Source: Eledone cirrhosa
Taxonomy: Eukaryota
Direction: 5' to 3'
Length of the DNA stretch: 64,000 nucleotides
NCBI GenBank assembly: GCA_964016885.1
Contig: OZ024740.1
Span: forward strand, 11,904,001-11,968,000
Shown here: positions 51,740 through 62,593 of the stretch, one piece after another
How the letters are laid out: each line of letters opens with the position of its first letter
Numbering within the stretch: position 1 is the first letter of the stretch
Notes under the pieces: generated by a model
What the model saw: only the letters and a program-made list of their open reading frames with translations
Databases searched by the model: none
What the model was told of the DNA's origin: nothing
Position numbers and translations under genes: made by a program

Positions 51740-54700
51740 TAGTGGGGTCAGCTTATATAGATATACAATAGTGGGGTCAGCTTATATAGCTATACAATAG
51801 TGGGGTCAGCTTATATAGATATACAATAGTGGGGTCAGTTTATATAGATATACAATAGTGGGGTCAGCTTATATAGATATACAATAGTGGGGTCAGCTTA
51901 TATAGATATACAATAGTGGGGTCAGCTTACATTGATATACAATAGTGGGGTCAGCTTATATAGATATACAATAGTGGGGTCAGCTTATATAGATATACAT
52001 TAGTGGGGTCAGCTTACATTGATATACAATAGTGGGGTCAGTTTATATAGATATACATTAGTGGGGTCAGCTTATATAGATATACAATAGTGGGGTCAGC
52101 TTATATAGATATACATTAGTGGGGTCAGCTTATATAGATATACAATAGTGGGGTCAGTTTATATAGATATACATTAGTGGGGTCAGTTTATATAGATATA
52201 CATTAGTGGGGTCAGCTTATATTGATATACAATAGTGGGGCCAGCTTACATTGATATACAATAGTGGGGTCAGCTTACATTGATATACAATAGTGGGGTC
52301 AGCTTACATTGATATACAATAGTGGGGTCAGCTTACATTGATATACAATAGTGGGGTCAGCTTATATAGATATACAATAGTGGGGTCAGCTTATATTGAT
52401 ATACAATAGTGGGGTCAGCTTACATTGATATACAATAGTGGGGTCAGCTTATATAGATATACAATAGTGGGGTCAGCTTATATTGACATACAATAGTGGG
52501 GTCAGCTTATATAGATATACAATAGTGGGGTCAGCTTATATTGATATACAATAGTGGGGTCAGCTTATATTGATATACAATAGTGGGGTCAGCTTATATA
52601 GACATACAATAGTGGGGTCAGCTTATATAGACATACAATAGTGGGGTCAGCTTATATAGATATACAATAGTGGGGTCAGCTTATATTGATATACAATAGT
52701 GGGGTCAGCTTACATTGATATACAATAGTGGGGTCAGCTTATATAGATATACAATAGTGGGGTCAGCTTACATTGATATACAATAGTGGGGTCAGTTTAC
52801 ATTGATATACAATAGTGGGGTCAGCTTATATTGATATACAATAGTGGGGTCAGCTTATATAGACATACAATAGTGGGGTCAGCTTATATAGACATACAAT
52901 AGTGGGGTCAGCTTATATAGACATACAATAGTGGGGTCAGCTTATATAGACATACAATAGTGGGGTCAGCTTACATTGATATACAATAGTGGGGTCAGCT
53001 TACATTGATATACAATAGTGGGGTCAGCTTATATAGATATACAATAGTGGGGTCAGCTTATATTGATATACATTAGTGGGGTCAGCTTATATAGATATAC
53101 GATAGTGGGGTCAGCTTATATTGATATACAATAGTGGGGTCAGCTTATATTGATATACAATAGTGGGGTCAGCTTATATTGATATACAATAGTGGGGTCA
53201 GCTTATATTGATATACAATAGTGGGGTCAGCTTACATTGATATACAATAGTGGGGTCAGTTTATATAGATATACAATAGTGGGGTCAGCTTACATTGATA
53301 TACAATAGTGGGGTCAGCTTATATAGATATACAATAGTGGGGTCAGCTTATATAGATATACAATAGTGGGGTCAGTTTATATAGATATACAATAGTGGGG
53401 TCAGCTTATATTGATATACAATAGTGGGGTCAGCTTATATTGATATACAATAGTGGGGTCAGCTTATATTGATATACAATAGTGGGGTCAGCTTATATAG
53501 CTATACAATAGTGGGGTCAGTTTATATAGATATACAATAGTGGGGTCAGCTTACATTGATATACAATAGTGGGGTCAGCTTATATTGATATACAATAGTG
53601 GGGTCAGCTTACATTGATATACAATAGTGGGGTCAGCTTATATAGATATACAATAGTGGGGTCAGCTTACATTGATATACAATAGTGGGGTCAGCTTATA
53701 TTGATATACAATAGTGGGGTCAGCTTATATAGACATACAATAGTGGGGTCAGCTTATATAGATATACAATAGTGGGGTCAGTTTATATAGATATACAATA
53801 GTGGGGTCAGCTTATATTGATATACAATAGTGGGGTCAGCTTATATTGATATACAATAGTGGGGTCAGCTTATATAGATATACAATAGTGGGGTCAGTTT
53901 ATATAGATATACAATAGTGGGGTCAGCTTATATAGACATACAATAGTGGGGTCAGCTTACATTGATATACAATAGTGGGGTCAGCTTACATAGATATACA
54001 ATAGTGGGGTCAGCTTATATTGATATACATTAGTGGGGTCAGCTTACATTGATATACAATAGTGGGGTCAGTTTACATTGATATACAATAGTGGGGTCAG
54101 CTTATATAGATATACAATAGTGGGGTCAGCTTATATTGATATACAATAGTGGGGTCAGCTTATATAGATATACAATAGTGGGGTCAGCTTACATTGATAT
54201 ACAATAGTGGGGTCAGCTTATATAGACATACAATAGTGGGGTCAGCTTATATAGACATACAATAGTGGGGTCAGCTTATATAGATATACAATAGTGGGGT
54301 CAGTTTATATTGATATACAATAGTGGGGTCAGCTTATATAGATATACAATAGTGGGGTCAGCTTATATTGATATACAATAGTGGGGTCAGCTTATATAGA
54401 TATACAATAGTGGGGTCAGCTTATATAGACATACAATAGTGGGGTCAGTTTACATTGATATACAATAGTGGGGTCAGCTTATATAGATATACAATAGTGG
54501 GGTCAGCTTATATAGATATACAATAGTGGGGTCAGCTTATATAGATATACAATAGTGGGGTCAGCTTATATAGACATACAATAGTGGGGTCAGCTTACAT
54601 TGATATACAATAGTGGGGTCAGCTTATATAGATATACAATAGTGGGGTCAGCTTACATTGATATACAATAGTGGGGTCAGTTTACATTGATATACAATAG

Positions 54701-55790
54701 TGGGGTCAGCTTACATTGATATACAATAGTGGGGTCAGCTTACATTGATATACAATAGTGGGGTCAGCTTATATAGATATACAATAGTGGGGTCAGCTTA
54801 TATTGATATACAATAGTGGGGTCAGCTTATATAGATATACAATAGTGGGGTCAGCTTACATTGATATACAATAGTGGGGTCAGCTTATATAGATATACAA
54901 TAGTGGGGTCAGCTTATATAGATATACAATAGTGGGGTCAGCTTACATTGATATACAATAGTGGGGTCAGCTTACATTGATATACAATAGTGGGGTCAGC
55001 TTACATTGATATACAATAGTGGGGTCAGCTTATATAGATATACAATAGTGGGGTCAGCTTACATTGATATACAATAGTGGGGTCAGCTTACATTGATATA
55101 CAATAGTGGGGTCAGCTTACATTGATATACAATAGTGGGGTCAGCTTATATAGATATACAATAGTGGGGTCAGCTTACATTGATATACAATAGTGGGGTC
55201 AGCTTATATAGACATACAATAGTGGGGTCAGCTTACATTGATATACAATAGTGGGGTCAGCTTATATAGATATACAATAGTGGGGTCAGCTTACAGTGAT
55301 ATACAATAGTGGGGTCAGCTTATATAGATATACAATAGTGGGGTCAGCTTACATTGATATACAATAGTGGGGTCAGCTTACATTGATATACAATAGTGGG
55401 GTCAGTTTATATAGATATACAATAGTGGGGTCAGTTTACATTGATATACAATAGTGGGGTCAGCTTATATAGATATACAATAGTGGGGTCAGCTTATATA
55501 GACATACAATAGTGGGGTCAGCTTACATTGATATACAATAGTGGGGTCAGCTTATATTGATATACAATAGTGGGGTCAGCTTATATAGACATACAATAGT
55601 GGGGTCAGCTTACATTGATATACAATAGTGGGGTCAGTTTATATAGATATACAATAGTGGGGTCAGTTTACATTGATATACAATAGTGGGGTCAGCTTAT
55701 ATAGATATACAATAGTGGGGTCAGCTTATATAGATATACAATAGTGGGGTCAGCTTATATAGACATACAATAGTGGGGTCAGCTTATATT
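51740..55790 (-). repeat. 29-bp array, ~140 copies (TAGTGGGGTCAGCTTATATAGATATACAA), an inverted relative of the 31-bp array
   Basis: The reverse complement shares GTATATCTATATAAGCTGACCCCA with the 31-bp unit. Confidence 0.98.
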
Positions 55791-56120
55791 CTAGTATATA
55801 CAGTAATTCATGAGAAATGCAGTAACGAAAGAGTTAAATATTCTATATTAACTCAACTATTGTTTTCTTATTTCCAAAGAGCTGATGCTTATGAGTCATT
55901 TATTCTCTAAACAATTGAATATTTTTGCACCAACTAATGTGCGCTGAAGCACATTTACTTGCTGATTCTTTCATCATGAACTTCAGCAAGTATAGTGAAG
56001 GATATGCTTAGCTGATGAGGTCATAAAACTGAAACACCTTAAATTGTCTCATATTGTTGAAGATTCAAATATTTCAGAGTTGTATTTGTCTGACAAATGA
56101 CTTAATATAACAGTGTGTGC

Positions 56121-56151
<31 letters not shown>

Positions 56152-56599
56152 TGCATGTATGTGTGTGTGTGTATGCATGTATGTGTGTGTGTTGAAACAA
56201 AAGCAATTACATGGAAGAGTCTATTCCAAAACACACAATAACTGCTAACTTCGCTTTACATTTATTATTTTTTCGTTTGTGTCAACATTTTTATTGCACA
56301 GTTTGCAACATGGTGAACTGTGTCAATGACCAGGTCACAAATGGTGTGATGAAATTGCAGTCATGAGATTGCTAACAGTGCAACAAAAATGTGTACATTT
56401 CGGACTGGTTAAAATGATTCTTCCATGTTGTAATTGCAAAATATGAGACAATGACTGAATTGTTTCAGTGAGGTTTTTAATGCTCCATATTATATTCACA
56501 TAGAAACATACACTACATACATTTAGAGGGAGATTTGTATGGTACATATATAGGGTCATGTGCTCTATATTTATAGGGATATACATATATAGTCATTTA

Positions 56600-56948
56600 T
56601 TGGGATTGTTAAGTAAAGACCCCCTTCGGTCACAAATGACCATGGGATTTGCACCTAGAAAGTTCCCTTCCAAGGCACAAGACTAGGCAAGTGTGTTTGT
56701 GGAAGACCAGCAGCCACCCATACATACCAGTCTCCCCTCTCCATGCCACCAATGTTGTCCAAGAGAAAGGCAATGGCTGATACAACTTAGCACCAGTGAC
56801 GGCGCAACTTATTTCTACAGTTGAGTAAACTGGAGCAACGTGAAATAAAGTGTCTTGCTCAAGGAAACAATGCATCACTCGGTCTGAGAATTGAAGTCAC
56901 AACCTAACGATTGCAAGCTCAACGCTGTAACCATTAAGCCATGCACCT
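56600..56948 (-). mobile_element. Full-length tRNA-derived SINE S2
   Basis: tRNA-like head at 56880-56948 (-), a TCCTTGAGCAAGACACTTTATTTCAC core, and a 3' part ending near 56605. Confidence 0.8.
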
Positions 56949-56998
56949 ATATGTACATATATAGGGTCATGTGCTCAACATTTATAGGGATATATATA

Positions 56999-57052
<54 letters not shown>

Positions 57053-57104
57053 CATACTCTACATTAATTGGGATGTGCGCTATATATGCCTCTATTATCA
57101 AATA

Positions 57105-57260
57105 ATGGTTTCTAACATAAGGACTAGGCCAGAAATTTAAGGAGAGGAAAGTCAACTATATCAACTCCTGTACATGACTGGTACTTTATTTTATTGACTT
57201 CAGAGGGATGAAAGACAAAGTTGACCTTGATAGGGTTTGAACTCAGAATGTAAGGAGTGA
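57105..57260 (-). mobile_element. SINE S1 copy (diverged)
   Basis: Reverse complement of the S1 core. Confidence 0.7.
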
Positions 57261-57427
57261 GAACAAATTATAAAACAAAATGAGAATAATGGAATGGTAA
57301 AACAGTAGAGTGCTGGACTTCCTTTCCAGTTCAACTTCTGCTAGTGTTGGTTTTATTTTGTTTCTAACTCTTAACATCATGTAATGATCTAGAAAACAAT
57401 ATCTACACAGGTTTGTTAATTCAAATG

Positions 57428-57704
57428 TAGTTTTACTAGAAAATATAGTTTTACTAGAACAAATATAGTTTTACTAGAACAAATATAGTTTTACTAGGAC
57501 AAATATAGTTTTACTTGGACAAATATAGTTTTACTTGGACAAATATAGTTTTACTTGGACAAATATAGTTTTACTTGGACAAATATAGTTTTACTTGGAC
57601 AAATATAGTTTTACTTGGACAAATATAGTTTTACTTGGACAAATATAGTTTTACTTGGACAAATATAGTTTTACTTGGACAAATATAGTTTTACTTGGAC
57701 AAAT
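57428..57704. repeat. 20-bp minisatellite, ~14 copies (AAATATAGTTTTACTTGGAC)
   Basis: Seen directly. Confidence 0.97.
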
Positions 57705-58614
57705 CTTTGTAAACATTTGTAGTTACTAAAGTAAAGATTTCAATTTTTAATGTGATGTAGTCAGTGTTTTGTACTTTTCAAGAATTTCTTGCTAATGTGG
57801 CTTCATGTGGTACAGGACATTAAAAGTCTATTTCTCTTGGATCAATAGAACAAGTACCAGTAATGTAAGGTATCAATTCATTCAACATGTCCTTCCCTAG
57901 AAATCTGAGACATTGTCACCATTAATATTGTAACACACACACACATTCCTACATGCATATACATCCCCATGCATACACCCCTACACCCCACAGACACACA
58001 TTTGTGGCATTGTGTCAAAACTTACTATTATAACACCCCCATATACACATAAAGGAATGTGAGGCTGTATGCCAAAGTTATATTATAAATCAATAATATA
58101 ACTACGTAGAAGTGGACCAAAGCACACAAGAGTAGCAGCAGACAGCAGCAACATAGAAGATGTTTGTGGTGTATCTCTATTGGTAGAGGAAGAGATAGAG
58201 CCCACAATACAGTCTCAAGTCAGGTCAGCATAGACTGCGCTAATATGGACAACAAACTGATTAAATCACACTGACCTGACCTTGTTGATAGTTGCTGTTA
58301 CCTGAGAGCACTAGAGTTAGTTTGGCAGAGAAACATGAGAGGCTGATGAGGAATGGGATTCCAGACTGTATTTCAGGAAAGAATGACTGAGTGATGGGGA
58401 ATCTGAGAAGGGATTGAAACTGGGAGTGAGAAAGAGGAGGAAGAACTAATCATATCAAGTAGATTTTAAACAGAGATGATGATGACAAATTCAAAAGCCA
58501 CTTGCGGTAGTGCTGAATGTGTTAGTGATAAAAAAAAAATGTATGCAACAGTAAAAACAGGAACTGCTACAGCAAAATATTTACAAAGATCAATTTATCA
58601 GGCATATTATATAA

Positions 58615-58985
58615 TGGTGGTGGATTTGTAGTAGAATCGGTACAGCATCAGGCAACATGCTTTGTGGCATATACTTAGAGCCCTTTATATTCTGAGTTTA
58701 AATCCCTCCAAGGCTAGATTTAAATAATAATAATAATAATGAAAATTATTGTGTACAGTGCTCAGGTGCACTACAATTCATCAAAAGTGCATGTATAGTA
58801 CATAGAATAATGTACAAATGTCAGGGAAGTGAACAGTGTACGAGTCATGATATATGCACAGATACATGCTTTCGTCATTACAGGGTTGATAAAACAAAGT
58901 ACCAGTAATGCACTGGAGTTGATTTAATCAACTTGCCTCTCTCCCAAAATTGTTGGCCTTGTCCTTAAATCAGAAACCATATTAC
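58615..58985 (+). mobile_element. SINE S1 interrupted by an inverted CR1-type 3' tail (58725-58865)
   Basis: S1 head at 58615-58720 and S1 core/tail at 58868-58985. The insert matches 20270-20400. Confidence 0.7.
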
Positions 58986-59035
58986 ATTATCCACATAAAT
59001 ATATCTTATTTATTGATATATATATATATATATAT

Positions 59036-59406
59036 TGACACACGACCGTGACTTCTGGCGTCACGCAGTAATACAGGGTACCCGACCTCCCATGGGTACA
59101 TGCTGAAGCATATAAACAATATGCCCCCCCCCCCCACCGCAAGGTGGTCGTGGAGGTGCCACGGCAAAAAAGCACCCAGCCCACACTGTAAAGTGGACGT
59201 GTAGGCGCCACGAAAAAGCACCCAGCACTCACTGTAAATGAGGTTGGTGTTAGGAAGGGCATCCAGCTGTAGAAATCAAGCCAGATCAGTTCCTGTATGA
59301 GCAAGGCATGGTCAGCCGACCAGACACTGCCCACAACAGGACAACCCGTCTAACCCATGCTAGCGTGGAAGAACGGACGTAAAACGGTGATGATGATGAT
59401 GATGAT
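59036..59406 (+). mobile_element. RTE 3' end, same young subfamily as 45110-45852
   Basis: Near-identical to 45475-45852. Confidence 0.9.
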
Positions 59407-59544
59407 ATATCAAAAATAAAATAAAAATAAATTTTGCTCTACATGGCCAAATACAATAAATGTAATCTGAGTTTTTCGAATATTAATAACATTCGATATA
59501 TTTGCAATTATGTAAACAAGCTTCATTTTTAAAGCCATGTCAGT

Positions 59545-60093
59545 AGAATGAGCCCCTCATTCTTGCTCTTGTGTTGGCAACTCCACCAAGGTTTCTTGGT
59601 GAGGAGGGTGACTTTGGACATCCTGCAGGACTAAAAACAAAACCTGTCAAAGGGCAAAGGAGCTCTTAAGAGTCAATGGCCATCCAAAATCACTGGGAGA
59701 GATGACCCCTTAGCCTTTGTCAAGGCAGAATTCTAGGAGAAGGAAAATCTGATATAACACCTGCAACCCTGATGGTATCCAATGATGTTGACTTGTTCTT
59801 CTTTTTGGTAAATATCATCTTGGTTAAGAGAGTGGGACTGGCTTTGTGCAGTGCCTTTGCTCACTATAAAAGCTTCACGGCATTGCTTTATATCTGGAGA
59901 TCTCTCTGCACTTGTCACATGGTACCATGGGCCCAGCACTATGTGTCAATAATTGTCACAAGTGTAGTGTTTGTACCAGAGTTTTCAAGTCGCTGGCTGG
60001 ACTAAAAAGTCACACTCATTCAGCGCATCGGTAGGGCTTCTCCTACATGGATATAAAATAGTGGCCGTACTCGAAAACGAGTTGGCAGCCACC
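59545..60093 (+). mobile_element. Bipartite RTE-derived element, longest copy (copy 4)
   Basis: RTE-like 5'UTR segment joined to CHKCSVCTRVFKSLAGLKSHTHSAHR* (59954-60034), a terminal stem-loop and an (ATGC)/(AT)n tail. Confidence 0.75.
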
Positions 60094-60266
60094 ATGCATG
60101 CATGCATGCATATATATATATATATATATATGTATATAAATTATGATAGTTTTTACTAAAACATCTCAAAAATCTTTATTTTGAAAATTAATTCAAATAA
60201 ATACCTAGTCTATTCATTAGAAATATAGCTATGAAAAGGTTAATCCTACGAAATATTTTGTTTATG

Positions 60267-60741
60267 TAACCCTTCCATTACCATATTTCTAATGAAATAC
60301 ATTCTATTTCAATTATTTAATGAAGAATTTTGAGGTATTTACTAAAATTATTATTTTATTACTAAGATAGTAACTTAATGTAAGATTCTTATATAAAGTT
60401 ATGTTGGAAGATTTTAATTTAAATTGGAAACCTTTAAAATGGGTGAATTTATTTCATAGAACCAGAGCTGGTTTTGGCTGGGTTGGTAACCTAAGGGATA
60501 AGTTGGTTTTGTTAGGAGAAAGCTCAACTGGTCTGTTGCATTATAACCTATATAATATACATTACCCTGAACAAAGATCAATTAACCCTAATGTGGCCAT
60601 ATTTCAATTAATTAATGAAGAATTTGAAGGGATTTACTAAAATTACTATTTCATTATCAAGATAGTAACTTAACATATGGTTCTTATGTAAAATTTTGTT
60701 GGAAGATTTTAATATAAGAACTCTTTAAAATGGATGGTTTC
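60267..60741 (+). mobile_element. Two MITE family B copies, the second cut by the Gypsy insertion
   Basis: Match to 19591-20007. The second copy stops at ...AAAATGGATGGTTTC. Confidence 0.7.
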
Positions 60742-61017
60742 TGTTGTATGGACTGTGAATCGAACTCACAACCTCATTGTTGTATGGACTGTTAAATTCG
60801 ATTTGTTCAATTTACACGTGCTCACACATTTGCATATGAATCACGTGACCTGGGCAGTCAGTCAACGTTGGTATTAAAAACTCGGTCACAGAATGCCACT
60901 TACTTACTTTATGTTATTCTTCTACTGCGAGGAGGGGCGTTTTGGTTGTTTCGCAAATTACACAAATTATTTGATATAACTCGTGTTTTCTCTGCGAGTA
61001 ACTAGAGGAATACAACA
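60742..61017 (+). repeat. 5' LTR of the Gypsy element (~276 bp)
   Basis: TGTTGTAT...ATACAACA terminal inverted ends, followed by a PBS. Confidence 0.85.
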
Positions 61018-61025
61018 GAGCTTAT

Positions 61026-61044
61026 TGGCGTCGCCGATAGGATT
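61026..61044 (+). promoter_or_regulatory. Primer binding site (TGGCGTCGCCGATAGGATT), probably tRNA-Ser type
   Basis: TGG start 8 nt after the LTR end, with ..AGGATT complementary to the T-arm. tRNA identity is an inference. Confidence 0.65.
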
Positions 61045-61168
61045 TACCTACATTGCCGATAGGATTTACCTACATTGCCGATAGGATTTACCTACATTGC
61101 TGATAGGATTTACCTACATTGCCGATAGGATTTACCTACATTGCCGGGAAATTGTTTATCACAAAAAC

Positions 61169-62407
61169 ATGGCGGAACAACAAACAGCGGAGCTAATAAA
61201 GTTGTTTAGAGAACAGATGGAACAACATATGCAACAACAGGAACAACAAATGCAACAACACGAGAAAGATATAGACACTCTGATAAAACTGTTTGGTGCT
61301 CGAGATTCTGAACAACAGAGTTTATTGGCGTCGCCAGTTGCTTCGACACCAACAGCATTCATCCCACCATTTGCTGCTTTTGATTCAACAACAGAACTAT
61401 GGCCTGATTACTGGTCAAGATTCTGCACGTTTGTGGCTGCTAACGCTGTACCCGAGCAACGCATGGCACAAGTGTTCCTGACTAATCAGACGGCTGCTAT
61501 CTACAAACAACTTGCAAATCCGGCTGCTCAACAAAATCCGCCTAAGAATATCAACAAGTTGACAATGGACGAAATTGTTGACTTCATGAAAGAACAGTTC
61601 GACCCAAAACTTTTCATTGTGAGAGAACGTTTCAAGTTCTGGAGTGACATGCAACGGAAGCCAGGCGAAACTCTCCAGGAGCTGGCAGCACGTATACGTC
61701 AGGATGCAACTACCTGTGATTTTCCTTCGATCACAAATCCACAAGATGAAGCTCTAAGACAGAGATTTATATGTTCTGTCAATAATGAAGCTGTGTTGAA
61801 GGCTATTTTCAAGATCAAGGATACAGAACTAGATTTCGCCCGTGCTGTCCAAGTTGCCATCGGGACCGAAGACGCAGCAAAGGTTGCCAAGGAAACTGTT
61901 TACGGTTCCAAAACCAAGCAAGTCTACAAGGTCCAGCAGAACAAGAGTCCTCGAAAGAACTATCAGCAGTCTTATTCCACAGACCAGGAGATGTGCTACC
62001 GATGTGGAAAGGCCCACAAAGCGACAGACTGCCCCTTCAAAGAAGCCAAATGTCATTTTTGTGACAAAAAGGGACATTTGCAAGCGGTGTGTAGAAAGAA
62101 ACAACATCAGCAACGTAATCATCGCTCACAGAATTACGTGAAAAGAATCACGAAAGCTGAGCTAGTCAAGGCGATCCTTGGTGAAGTTCCCCACGATACT
62201 CATAGTTTGAATGTGCCAATAACAATCCAGAACAGACTTTTCACAATGGAATTGGACACGGCTACTACAGGCAATTTTGTTTCCTTGTCAGTTTGGAAAC
62301 AATTAGGAAAACCGAAGCTGCAAGATGTCAAACATCGGTTTGAATCTGCCAGCAAGCACGACCTGCCCGTTCTGGGAACTTTCATGGCCCAAACCAACGA
62401 CCGGTAA
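61169..62407 (+). pseudogene. Gag-protease part of the Gypsy polyprotein (frameshifted at ~62405)
   Basis: ATG at 61169, zinc knuckles CYRCGKAHKATDC and CHFCDKKGHLQAVC, protease motif MELDTA. The protease C-terminus (LNLLGQNAI) continues in another frame. Confidence 0.9.
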
Positions 62408-62593
62408 ATGGAATTCAATACCCTACATCGTCACCAAGATCCCTGATCTTAATTTGCTGGGACAAAACGCTATCCAGACTCTGGGAATTTCCGTGGACAA
62501 TGCTCTAGGATTGAAAAGCATAGACAGCCAGGCCAAGAGTGAGGGTGCAGAAGTGATGCATCCAAAGACCTCAAATGAGCCCTATATTTCCAT

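Larger units (their letters stand above)
50498..55803. mobile_element. Tc2/pogo-type (Tc1/mariner superfamily) non-autonomous DNA transposon with expanded inverted subterminal arrays
   Basis: Left TA|TTGTATATACTAAAATATAAGCTGACCCC and right GGGGTCAGCTTATATTCTAGTATATACAG|TA: 27/29 inverted match with TA flanks. Resembles a CpG-decayed CCGTATATACTCGAGTATAAGCCGA TIR. Confidence 0.75.

Noticed and set aside
50513-55790. 29-31-bp repeats as CRISPR or telomeric arrays
   Set aside because: There are no unique spacers, the unit is not TTAGGG-like, and it is explained by the MITE terminus.
56022-56050. CTGATGA..GAAAC hammerhead-like motif near 56012-56050 (similar CTGATGA plus hairpin at 58343)
   Set aside because: Stems I and III cannot be formed, and the 58343 motif lacks GAAA.
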